From assembly GCA_001600815.1 (NCBI GenBank), contig BCKZ01000004.1, forward strand, positions 744,001 through 808,000: a stretch of DNA of 64,000 nucleotides, written 5' to 3'. Origin of the DNA: Alloascoidea hylecoeti (taxonomy: Eukaryota). The position numbers and the translations under genes are program-made. Shown piece by piece: positions 45,383 through 57,518 of the stretch; within the stretch, counting starts at the first letter, position 1; the number at the start of each line of letters is the position of its first letter. The notes beneath the pieces are model-generated. The model did not search any database, had not been told where the DNA came from, and saw only the letters and a list, made by a program, of their open reading frames with translations.

Positions 45383-46411
45383 ATGAGTACTATTAAATCA
45401 GGTCTTTCAAAGTTTAAAAGATATCCATTAACATTTGGTCCTTCTCCGATCACCCCTTTCAAACGTCTTTCCAAAACTCTAAATAAAAACGTTAATATTT
45501 ATGCAAAGCGTGAAGATTGTAACTCTGGCCTTGCCTTTGGGGGGAACAAAATCAGGAAATTAGAATATTTAATACCAGAAGCAATCGACGGAGGTTATGA
45601 TACATTGGTTTCAATTGGCGGAATACAATCGAATCAAACAAGACAAGTTGCAGCCGTTGCTTCTCATTTGGGCATGGACTGTATTCTGGTCCAAGAAGAT
45701 TGGGTTGACTACAAAGATTCAATGTACGATAGAGTTGGGAACATTGAGTTATCAAGAATTATGGGTGCTGATGTTCGTTTGAATCCTGCTAAATTTGATA
45801 TTGGCATTCGAAAATCTTGGGAAGATGCTCTAAATGAAGCAAAATCGAAAGGGAAAAAGCCTTTCCCGATACCCGCTGGTTGTTCAGAGCATCCGTATGG
45901 TGGATTGGGTTTTGTTGGTTTTGCTAATGAAGTTATTGAACAAGAAAAGCAATTGGGTATTAAATTTGATAAAATTGTTGTTTGTGCTGTCACTGGCTCC
46001 ACAATGGCAGGAATTGTTGTAGGGTTTGCTCAATATGGTAGAGAGCATGATGTTATTGGAATTGATGCCAGCGCAACTCCTGAAAAAACGAAAGCTCAGG
46101 TTTTAAGAATCGCTCAAAACACTGGTAAACTTCTCGGCCTAGAAAAGAAATTCACCGAGGCAGATATTCAGATTGATACAAGATTTGCAGGTCCTGCCTA
46201 TGGTATTCCAAATGAAGGTACAATCGAAGCAATCAAGTTATGCGGTTCAACTGAAGGTGTTTTAACTGATCCTGTTTATGAGGGGAAATCAATGCAAGGC
46301 CTCATTTATCAGATTAAGAACGACGAGATTAAAGAAGGTTCAAATGTTTTATATGCTCACTTGGGTGGTGCACCTGCCTTAAGTGCTTATGCTGCTTTAT
46401 TTAAAAACTAA
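45383..46411 (+). CDS. acdS: 1-aminocyclopropane-1-carboxylate (ACC) deaminase, PLP-dependent
   Basis: [23 protein letters not shown] (PLP Lys), [42 protein letters not shown] and YAHLGG. The Glu and Leu (E295/L322 in Pseudomonas numbering) that separate ACC deaminase from D-cysteine desulfhydrase are present. Intronless. Confidence 0.95.
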   Translation: MSTIKSGLSKFKRYPLTFGPSPITPFKRLSKTLNKNVNIYAKREDCNSGLAFGGNKIRKLEYLIPEAIDGGYDTLVSIGGIQSNQTRQVAAVASHLGMDCILVQEDWVDYKDSMYDRVGNIELSRIMGADVRLNPAKFDIGIRKSWEDALNEAKSKGKKPFPIPAGCSEHPYGGLGFVGFANEVIEQEKQLGIKFDKIVVCAVTGSTMAGIVVGFAQYGREHDVIGIDASATPEKTKAQVLRIAQNTGKLLGLEKKFTEADIQIDTRFAGPAYGIPNEGTIEAIKLCGSTEGVLTDPVYEGKSMQGLIYQIKNDEIKEGSNVLYAHLGGAPALSAYAALFKN

Positions 46412-46661
46412 AGTTTATTGTAAATAATACTAGATATATCTAATTATAAACAATCAACTAGAAACATAAAAAAATTATCAATCCTTGATTTGTACAACAA
46501 TAGTAACCCATTTGCAAAGAATTGTCTCGTAATAACAAGGAGTAAAAGATAACATAAAAGACATCAGAAGTATCTATATCATACAAACAAAAACAAAACA
46601 AAAAAATAAATAAATAAGCTGTCAATAGATAAAAAAAAAAGGATAAAATAAGAATAAAAAA

Positions 46662-47528
46662 TTAGTATCCATTATATACACCATTTAGTTCACTTGCGTA
46701 TTGTAAATAATTTTGATTTTGATCATAACCTTCATATTCTCCATTTATACCTATTGGTACATTATTTTTACCATGAATATTTGAGTCTATATGCCCATTC
46801 ACTGTATTCACATCATCAGCACCCATAGTTAACGGTTCATTACCTTGTAACTGTTGCGTTCCAAAATGTGATGAACCTCCAGGGGACAATGAATCTAACG
46901 GCTGTTGGTGAGGAAGACCTATTTGTCCACCAGGAACCGACATTTGGTGTTGAACATTCGCTTGATTTTCTTGATTTTCTTGATTTGTTTGTTGAAACAT
47001 TTGCTGGTGTGAATACTGAATTGGAGCAGTATGTTGATGGTGGAAACTATTCCGTCGTGCAGATGATGATTTACGCGTTTTCTCCTCTTCTCGAGGCACA
47101 ATATCAATTAAGAAATCAAACATATCAGATTTTTGTAATGCGGCAGCAATATCAGATCTTTGTAAAGTTCTTCTTTTGTTCTCCTCCGCGTGAATCCATG
47201 CCCTCATTGTTAATTCAGTAATGAAAATATCACAACCTTTTGCAAATAATATGGGTGCTTCAGCAGAAATCATTTTAACATCCTCATCCGTTTTCATTAC
47301 TTTTTTGATCCTGGCTAATGGTAACTGATGATTCTTAAAATCTTGATCCTCTCTTTCAATATTATTGATAGTTTCTTGCCAATATTGCATCATTATATCC
47401 CGATGTGAACCTGTTAGTCCTTGGCCAACATTCGCAAAAACACTTGCAGAGTTTGAAAATTCATCCTGTGCTTCCTGGACATATTCAAGATTTTCGGGAT
47501 AATTATTCTCGTTCACTCGATTCTCCAT
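46662..47528 (-). CDS. HAP5: CCAAT-binding complex subunit Hap5 (NF-YC)
   Basis: Histone-fold [66 protein letters not shown]. Confidence 0.96.
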   Translation of the reverse strand: MENRVNENNYPENLEYVQEAQDEFSNSASVFANVGQGLTGSHRDIMMQYWQETINNIEREDQDFKNHQLPLARIKKVMKTDEDVKMISAEAPILFAKGCDIFITELTMRAWIHAEENKRRTLQRSDIAAALQKSDMFDFLIDIVPREEEKTRKSSSARRNSFHHQHTAPIQYSHQQMFQQTNQENQENQANVQHQMSVPGGQIGLPHQQPLDSLSPGGSSHFGTQQLQGNEPLTMGADDVNTVNGHIDSNIHGKNNVPIGINGEYEGYDQNQNYLQYASELNGVYNGY

Positions 47529-47708
47529 TTCTTGTTGTTGTTGAAATGTTCAATATAGATGTTTAGAGATGTACAAAATTTAAAAAGCACAAAATGAATT
47601 TGCTTGTTAGTTTCTCCGTCTGATAATTACACATCGTGTATATTTGAGTACGATGTATCATCGAATTATTATTATTATTTATTAAGAATTTAAACAAGTA
47701 ACTAAGGA

Positions 47709-49754
47709 ATGGGCTTCTCGACTGGTCCTTCTCTTGGGACATCCAATTATAATCCTGCGGAAAAGGTTCCTATAAAATCATCTGGAGATTATAGGTTTGC
47801 TAGTTTTAATGTTTGTGGAGTGAGGAATGTTTTAAAATATTACCCATGGTATGAGAAAAAGACATTTCGCGTAAGTTATAACACCTATAATCTTATATAT
47901 CATTCTATATATTAATCGTATAATTAGTACATGTTTGATACACTGAATTGTGATGTTATAACATTTCAAGAATTAAAAGTACAGAAATCTGATATAGAAT
48001 CCTACGTTGTTCATATTCCTGGTTACGAATCATACATTTCCGTCCCAACAGTTAAAAAAGGTTACAGTGGTGTAGCAGTTTATGTTAAGCAACCACCAAC
48101 AGGGGATGAAACTTATCCTTTAACAGTGGTAAAAGCTGAAGAAGGGTTAACTGGCTGGTTACCTAGTAAAGACATAAAAGGCTATAGTATTCGTGAAGTA
48201 TGGGAAAAGGAATTGAAATCGCAACACGAAAATAAAAATAATAAAGAAACACAAACACAAACTAATTTCACAACAATTGGCGGTTATCCTGACCTCGACA
48301 AAGAAGATGGATTAAAATTAGATGGTGAAGGACGTTGTATTATTTTGGAATTTATTAATGGTGTTATACTAATTTGTTTATATTGTCCAGCAAATTCAAC
48401 TGGTACAAATGATGAATTTCGGACACTTTTTTTTAATTGTTTAATTGAAAGGATTAAAAATATATATAATTATGATGATACATTGATTTCAAAAGATAAT
48501 AAAAACGGCAATGGCAGTAAGGCTGGAGGCAAAAGAAAGAGACAAATAATAATTATGGGTGATTTAAATGTTTCAAGAGATTTAATAGATTCAGCGGAAA
48601 GCATAACTGAATTAGCTAAAAAGAAAATAATTAAAAGATTACCAACTTGGGATTTCAATTATAACAATATTGATGAAATCGCCAAAAATGAAATCTCAAT
48701 ATCTTCAGTATTTCAAGGTAAGAAATTTGAGGAAATTAACCATAAAATTATTAAACAGTTTAGAAATGAAACTTTACAAAGATTAATTTTTCATAATAAT
48801 ATAATTGAAGATTCTGAAGCTTTAACAAATAGTATTAATAATGAAAATGAAAATGATAATCGGCTTTTATGTGATATTATTAGAAATAAACAAGATAGAA
48901 GATTAGGAATGTATACATGTTGGAATATCTTAAAAAATAGCCGGCCTGGAAATCATGGATCAAGAATCGACTATATTCTAATAACAAAAGGTTTATATTC
49001 CAGTGTTAGAAAGGCAAATATCTTACCATTTATACAAGGATCTGATCATTGCCCTATATTTACAGATTTTAATTTCAGTTATAATTATGAAGTTAATTTA
49101 AAAGATCTGAATTATTGTTATAAATTACCAAAATTGGCGTCGACTATACAATTCTCTCATCTCGGTAAAACAAATGGTAAGCGTGGTGGGCCATTGGATT
49201 CAATGTTCGCATCATTAAATAATAAAAAACAAAAAATTAAAGAAAATCAATATCATTCATTATCCTTATCTCTGTCCTCTTCATTAAACACTCCTTATAC
49301 TTATAACTCGAAATTAAAAAAACCAAAACAACAATCAATTTCTTCATTTTTTAAACCATCTACAGTTACAAAAGTTAAAGACATTCCAGATACAGAACAA
49401 CTAGATAAAGAACAAGACACAGAACTAACTCCTTGGAAAAATCTAAATGATGATCAACAACTTTTTGTGACTGACTCACCGACACCTTCGCCAAAAAAAC
49501 ACATACCATCTCCAATAGATAAAAGCCAACCCTTATCAACAAGTGCAACAGACTTACGAAACATGTTATCAGGCATTCTGAATGGGAAAATCAGTACTCC
49601 TGTTTGCTCTTATCATAAATCCCCATGCATTCTGAAAACATCAAAAACAAGTGCCAATAAGAATAGGCAATTTTGGATTTGTAGTAAACCATATGGTGAT
49701 TTTGATCAACATCCAACTATTTATAGGTGTAACTTTTTTAAATGGCATGATTAG
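47709..49754 (+). CDS. APN2: Class II AP endonuclease Apn2, 2 exons (47709-47870, 47928-49754)
   Basis: RFASFNVCG, DVITFQELK, KKGYSGV, LDGEGRC, MGDLNV, YTCWN..RPGNHGSRIDYIL, GSDHCP, PIP-box-like QQSISSFF and C-terminal GRF zinc finger. Intron GTAAGT..TAG is in phase 0. Confidence 0.92.
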
Positions 49755-49932
49755 TATATAGTACAAATGGCTTTTGGGGAGAGGTAGGGGTACTTACCCG
49801 GTTTAGCCATATTTAATACTCGACGTTTACGTTAAGGCTCAATGGTGAAACTTTATTGGAATAGGGCATTACTACAAAGCCACTCATTATTTTAGATAAT
49901 CTCTAATAATACTCTGATTCTTTAATTATAAG

Positions 49933-52900
49933 ATGTTATTCTTTCAGCATTTTAGATTGCCTATAGAATGGGTGATGTTTTTGCTAGGTTTGAGCCTTTT
50001 AGTACTTCATACACAAGGTATCGATAATAGCACGCCAACTATCACAAGACATGATTTTTCTTGTTCACCTTCATCATTTCTATATTTTGAAGATAGTTCA
50101 GTACGTTTCAACAATTATAATCGCAATTGAAAAATAAATTTTAATTCTAATAGCTGTTTTAGGTGGTCCTATGGTCTTGTCCCGATAACAAAGTCTTTAG
50201 ATCTGAAAATGATGGGAAAGACTGGGAAGAGATTTCATCGTCTTTTGATAATGAAGACCTTTCTCCAGTTTATTTTTTATCGAGCCCCGCCAATCCAAAT
50301 GAAATAGCGTTTGCTGTAGCTAATTCAGGTAGTACCTTATATATTACTAAAGATAAAGGTAGAAGTTGGTTAAAACAAACTCTTGGTACCCTAAGATCAA
50401 ATGAATTCATCCTTTTAATCCTTAATACTGCTAATCCAGACTATATAGCTTTACAACAGGTACGTTATGAAGACAATGATGATGAAATTGAAATTGAAAT
50501 TTATCACTCAAATGATGGACTTAAGTCAATACATCAGCATCATGAAATGGCAGGTTATAAATTTGATTCGTGTATATTCGCAAATACGAAAAAAAAATTT
50601 GAAGGGATAAAGGATTCAAGATTGTTTTGTCTTCAAACGAAAGATGGTAAAGGTATACTTTATTCAACTGATGATTGGTTTTCTTCAATTAATCGAATAA
50701 TGGAAGTCGATGGTGATTGGTTTTATTTGCAAGCAGTTAAATCATTTATTATATTAACTACGACTAATAGACGTGTAAAAAATAGACAATTCAGTCACTT
50801 CGAAAGTTTATATGTTACAAATGATGCAAAGGTTTGGAACAAAGCAAATTTTCCTGCTAATTCAAATAGAAAAAATACAAAATTTAGAGTCTTATCATCT
50901 GCAGAAAATTCTTTACATGTTCAGGAGTATAGCTTTTTTGATGGCTTTCCAAATTCACAAGGTGGTATAATTTACACTAGTGATTCAACAGGCTCAAAAT
51001 TTATTGTTAAACTTCGTGATGTTAGCCCATTTAATAGTGATGGTATGGATAAAGTTGAACGTACTGAGGGTGTCTGGCTTATGAATTTTGTAAATACTTC
51101 AACTGATGTTCAAAATGTTGAGTCTCGACTTTCATTAGATGATGCGAAAACATGGTCAAGATTAGCTATAATTGACGATCCATTATGCAAAATTGACAGC
51201 GGATGTACCTTATTAGTTGATACTTTTGCTGATGATTCAATGACTTCTGGTGATACTGATACTTCACCTGCTATAATGATGGCAATTGGTCGTCCATCGT
51301 CCAATAGTCTTCAACAAGGAACCTATGTGTCTAGAAACTCTGGCTTAAATTGGAAGCTGGCATTAGACGATGAGTATTATATTGTATATGGAGATCAGGG
51401 TAATATAATAGTAGCATATTCATTCTCGAAAGATTTCAAATATTCAATTGATAGAGGATCAAGTTGGAAAAAGCTTGAATTAGATTCTACTTCAATTGTT
51501 TATTCAACAGTTCTGACAAATCCTGATTCAACATCACTAAAATTTATTGTTTTAGGAGAAGATAGTATATCACACAAAAATGTTTCTTTTGCAATTGATT
51601 TTGAAAATATGTATGAAAGACAATGCTCAGAAGAAAAAGGTGACTTTGAAGATTGGTATGCAAGATATGATGCGAATGGTGAAGCAACATGTGTACTTGG
51701 TCACAAAGAAAAATATAGAATCAAAAAGTTAGATATCAATTGTTATGTTGGTACTATTAATAAAGAGCCCATACCTGAAGAGATAAGTTGTCCTTGTACA
51801 ATTGATGATTTTGAATGTGATTTTGGGTTCGAATACAATCAAGATACTAAGGAATGTTTACCTGAACCATTATATGCAAAAGATATGTTCAAAAAGTATT
51901 GCGAAGGTAAAAATAATGAATTTGAATTTACTGCTAATATGGGTTATAGAAAGATAGCATCTTCTAAATGTGACACATCCTCCTCCTCTAGTGTTGCTTT
52001 CGATAAAGAAAAGAAATATAAATGTGGCGATGAAGTTTTCCATCATAGTGAACAAAATATTATATCACACTCAACAGTTATTCCAGGTGGTATTGTACAA
52101 TATTATTACCTAGATTATGAGAATTCAAACACTTTAGAAGAAACAATTGTTGCTGTTACATCTCAATTCCAAATTTATGTTTCTCATGATGGAGGGAATA
52201 CGTTTGAAAAGCCATTTAAAGATGAGCAATTCAGCGGAGTTTTCTTAAATCCTTATTTTTCAGATGATGTTTATTTTATTAGGCAAGATAAGAAGTTATT
52301 CTATTCATCTGATAGAATTCATACAGTTAAAGAAATTAGAAATCCTGATGTTAGAGGTTTGGTATCACAAGAAATTCATTTTAATAAAGTTGAAAGAAAT
52401 TGGATTATTTGGATTAATAGTGAAGGATGTGATTCTTCATTTTCAGAATGTAAACAAGATGCCTATTATTCTTTAAATCATGGTTCCACCTGGACATTAT
52501 TACAGGAAAACATCAGGAAATGTGATTGGGTTTCTAGTAAACTTGGGCATGTTTATAAACCAACCAACATATTTTGTGAAAAGGTTATTCCTGGTGTTAA
52601 AAATGAGTATAAATTAATAACAACAGATGATTATTTTGAACATACCAAAACAGAGTTTAAGAAGATCATTGGTTTTGTAATAAATTCAAATTTTATTGTT
52701 GTTGCAAAACTTGCAGATAATGGTGAACATTTAGAAGCTCATGTTTCAATTGATAGTGAAACATTTGCCCAAGCAAAATTTCCATATAATTTTAATATTA
52801 ATGCTCAACAAGCTTATACTGTTTTAAATTCAATTACTGACTCTATTTTTTTTCATGTTACAACACACGCAAAAAAAGATGGTGAGTTTGGAACAATTTT

Positions 52901-54356
52901 TAAATCAAATTCAAATGGTACTTCATTTGTGACATCTATTGAAAATGTAAATAGAAATAAAAATGGATTTGTTGACTTTGAAAGAATGCAAATTATTGAT
53001 GGTATTATTATCGTTAATATTGTGTCTAATACCGAGGAGGTTAAAACAAAGGGAGTTCTCAAACAGTTAAAAACCATGATCACTTATAATGATGGATCTA
53101 AATGGCAACCCATTAAAGCCCCCAAAGTTGATTCTTTAGGTAATGCTATTGATTGTCATGGGAATTGTGCTTTGCACTTGCATGGCTTTACAGAGAGAGA
53201 TGACATTCGAGATACTTTTTCTTCAGCTTCAGCTATTGGTCTTATGTTTGCAAGTGGGAATGTCGGGGAAAGTTTAAGCCCCAAAAGAGATGGAAATACT
53301 TATTTGACAACTGATGGTGGTATTTCTTGGAAGGAGGTTAAAAAAGGAGTCTACATGTGGGAATATGGTGATCAAGGAAGTGTTATTGTTTTAGTGAATG
53401 GTCAAGACAATACGAATGTGATATATTATTCAATGGATGAAGGATTAAATTGGAAAGAGTATCAATTCAGTGAATCTAAGGTTCATATTGATGATATTGG
53501 AACAGTTCCTTCTGATACAAGCAGGAAATTTACATTATATGGTAGAACTGAAATGAAACAAGGGGATCAAAGTATAATTTTTCAAATTGATTTTTCAGAT
53601 TTTACAAATATTAAATGTTTATTTGATTCGGATCGCCCAGAAGAAGATGATTTTTATATTTGGACACCAACACATCCAAATCAAAAAGATAATTGTTTAT
53701 TTGGCGGCGAATCGAAATATCCACGTAAAAAGGTGGACAGATTCTGTTACGTTGGTGCAGTATATTTAAAGGAATATGAAGAGGTGATCCCATGTGAATG
53801 CACAAGAGAAGACTATGAATGTGACTATAATTATTTTAGGGGTGTTGATGATGTATGCCGACTTGTTGAAGGGTATAGTCCTAAGAACGCGAGTGAAGTG
53901 TGCGGTAACGCTAATGTCGTTAATTATTGGGAACTCACTGGATACAGAAAAATTTCAATGAGCAGTTGTAAGGGAGGTCAAGAATTTGATAAATCCGAGA
54001 AGAAAACATGTCCAGAAAGAGGAAGACGTCTTAGTGGTTCGAGTATCTTTTTTATTGTGATATCATCAATTGGGGGAGCAGCACTCATCACATCTTGTTT
54101 GTATTACTTTGTTATTAATAAAAATGGAAGATTTGTGCATTTTGGACAAATTAGATTAGGTGAAGAAGAATTTGATGATGGGGAATCCGCATTTGTCAAG
54201 TATCCTATATTAGTGATTAGTGCTATTTTAGCCGCTGGTAAAGTTGCACCTCATGCTTTCAAAGTTGGATTTGAATACATAAAAACTGCAATATCAGGAA
54301 GACGGCAACAGCATTATGATCCTTTGCTTGGGGATATGAGCGATGAAGACGAATAA
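49933..54356 (+). CDS. PEP1: Vacuolar sorting receptor Vps10/Pep1, 2 exons (49933-50100, 50163-54356)
   Basis: Signal peptide in exon 1; intron GTACGT..TAG; two Vps10/sortilin domains with Asp-box repeats (SxDxGxxW) and Cys-rich 10CC modules; TM segment; cytosolic FGQIRLGE. Confidence 0.93.
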
Positions 54357-54891
54357 ATGTATTTGGATTACTTTTATAATTATAGAAAAGACTAATCATT
54401 ATATTTATATTTAACCTAAAAGAAAAGAAACATATGTATATCCTTACATGTAGTACATTGATGATTCTGTCGTACTTATTATGTGTATACGTACATTTAC
54501 GAATGGGAATCTATTTTAAGATCGCGTTTTTCTTCTTATAAATATCCTCTTTACAGGTTTGCATATTCCATTATTCCGCTTTAATTTTGTTTCTAATTCT
54601 ATTTCTGTTCTACTGTATTCTCTGCATACTTTTTGCTGGGCAATAGAAGCAAATTTAAGCCAAACGGAAAAAGGTATAGTGGAAATGATTATGCACATCT
54701 ACTTATATAATTTGAAGTATTATGCTTTTTTTATTCTTTGTTTCCATTTGCTTCTCTAGAATCATCAAATTCCATGAAAATCTCTTATTTGGCTCATTTG
54801 ATACCTGATTACTATTGATATTCTAGCAGTATCTTTTATTTACAATATAAATAACAATAACTACTTGATTGACTCGATCCCGATATGTAGT

Positions 54892-57268
54892 ATGATTATA
54901 CACCGACCAATAATATCCTCCCTCTTAGCATTGTTATCTTTTACAGCATTCACAAATTCATTTAGTGTGTGTAGAGCAGAATTAGGATGCTTCGGGAAAA
55001 CTATTCATGCTGGGGGGTTTTGATGGTAGCTCAATTTCGATAGGCCAAGAAGATTGTACATTTGGAGATCTATCAGACAGTAAAGCGGATGACATTATTA
55101 TGCATTACGAAAACATGAAATCAATTGGAAATATATCTATATACTATAGCCTTAGATATTTTTAAAAAAAATTGGCTCAAGTGATGGAGATATCAACCAT
55201 GCTTGCCAAATTTCTAATCTGATATTTTTGGCAGGTCAATTCAATAAAATCGGGCAAAGTTAGTGATTAAATAATCTTTCTGTTTTAAATGTTAAAAATG
55301 GTGCAATTAAATCTATAACTTCTGTGTCAAAAGTCTTTATAAATAGCAGTGAGGCTTTATTATATGATGTCGATAAATTGGTTTATGTTGGTGGAGATTT
55401 ACAATATAATGGTGATTATGGTGCTTTAGTTTATGACCTTAATAAAAATGAACTTCGAACTTTGCCATTTCAAGGTTAATTAATAGTGCTATCAAATATG
55501 AACATAATGGTTTGCAATCTATTGTATTCGGTGGGAAGTTTTACGAAGTTGACAAAACACACTTATACAGACTATTATGAGCGAATTGTTGCTGAAGGGG
55601 CGCTAAATCAAACTGAAGCTGAAGACTTGTACAGAGATATGACCTAAATGAATATACCTCTTTAAGTAAGCATCAACAATAGTTCAACTATAAATACTAC
55701 ATGAACTATAGAAAATTATAACGGTGATTTAACTTTTCCACAGAGTTCAAGTTGGATGTTAGATAATGATGTTTCAGGTTTTTGGACTACCAACATCAAA
55801 TTTTTACTTCACCTTCAAAAATAAGAGTATATAATATATCCAATGATCTAAAATTGAACGGTACTGGTACCAAAACATTTCAATTGATTGTATTAAATGG
55901 TATAATGAATTTGACGTATATTGATTTGGATACTGGGGAATATAAATACTGCGAATCCTCTTGTCCATTATATGACGCATCTCAATTATCTTCATATGCT
56001 TCGAATTTAAACTCTAGACCTGATATAAAAAGTACTTATAGAAATGGCGCATTGCACTGGTCTGAAGTTTATCAATTGTTATTTCAACGCAGTCAATTGA
56101 AATTCATGTAACGAATTATTATAATATGGTAGGTGGTTTATTTGGGGTTGAATCATTTCGATATGGACTACATACTTATGCGCAGAATGACTTCAATTGA
56201 TTACTTTGTTCAGATAGTCCTGGTAACAAAGGGATTTTTTTTTTTTTTTGGGCTTGTTACTGCTAAAGGATTGTTTTTTGATCCTGATCCAACAGTTGGG
56301 CCTCTAAACATGAATAAAGTTGCTATTGTATCTCTGACATATGGTCCTCCTTCTGAAGATGTGTAATTTACATATTATCTAAATATTACGCATTCTGGAA
56401 ATTATTCGATTAAATTATATACCCCAGGTTGAACTTTTGATGGAAATTGTAACTCAAGAGGTAAGATTAGTTTAAAGTTAACTGCAACTGAAGGAGATTA
56501 TTCTAAGTTTACACAAATTTTATATCAAACTGACGAGCAAGATAAATATGATATATTATATGAGGGATATATTTGTGTTAAATCAAATGAATCACCATTT
56601 ATCACAATTAAAAGTCTACGTGGAGTTGGTAGTGAACAATTTATAAAACTTTTATTGCTGATCTACTAGTTGTTGATATTTTATCAATTGAACCAAGGGA
56701 AATCATAACTGAAACTACCACAAAGATAATATTGAATATTTGTTTGAATATAATTTACAAAATTTTACAAATTGGAATACAGATTCTTCATATTTACCAA
56801 TTGATAACTCAACAATCAATAAATTATTTGAGCATGATACTGTTGGTTTGGTAGGGGGAATCTCCTCATACTTTCATATGGAATCTAGTGAAAGCAATAG
56901 TACTATTCAAGTTTACAATGGTCGGCTTTTTTATAATTTTGAATTAAATTCATCTAGGGCTATAAATCCTGATAATAATTTAAGCTATTTTACTCTATAC
57001 GATTTTGAAGAAAAGACATACCCATCAGGAATTCCTAATAGTTTACTTGGTCAACCACATAATTTAGCAATGTATGGGACTGATTCACAATCAGGTGAAT
57101 CATTCGCCGTTGGTAAAGATATGTTACTTTAATTGCATTGACTGCATCACTTCTAATGCTAATTTCTATTGCTTTGGTGGTTTATTGTCATATATATTTA
57201 AGAGGAGAGGTTATAGACCGATTATCATAACCTCCGAAAATAAAATTGTACAAACTGTTCTTCTGTAA
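54892..57268 (+). pseudogene. RAX2: RAX2 pseudogene (multiple stops and frameshifts, large internal deletion)
   Basis: Rax2-like segments in order: signal peptide, LIFLAGQFNKIG, LVYVGG..LRTLPFQG* (TAA 55477), IVFGGKF, SPSKIRVYN..GTKTFQLIVLNGIMNLTYIDLDTGEYKYCESSCPL, SGNYSIKLYTPG* (TGA 56430)..DGNCNSRG, ILYQTDEQDKYDILYEG, then TM-like GGLLSYIFKRRGY. It lies next to EMP70, as S. cerevisiae RAX2 (YLR084C) does to EMP70 (YLR083C). Confidence 0.85.
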
Positions 57269-57518
57269 CATTATTTATACAATATATTACAATATTATAG
57301 AGATTCTATAAGCATTGAGCATGTTAAGAATATGTAACTAATTATGGAGCAGTTGGTCATGTATTAAATGGCATACAACGAGATAAATGATGGCACATCC
57401 AAAGTAACAATTAAATGGCATATAATTTTTATGAAGGCTTACAAACATCCTTTCACCAGCACTATTTAACCTTCGGATCCAACTTCAAGCCACCCCTCAA
57501 GCGCACTTGCAATCAAGA

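Noticed and set aside
54892..57268. RAX2 as an intact intron-rich gene like DMC1
   Set aside because: Stops fall inside conserved motifs (LPFQG*, YTPG*) with no flanking GT..branch..AG signals, and the total span is too short.
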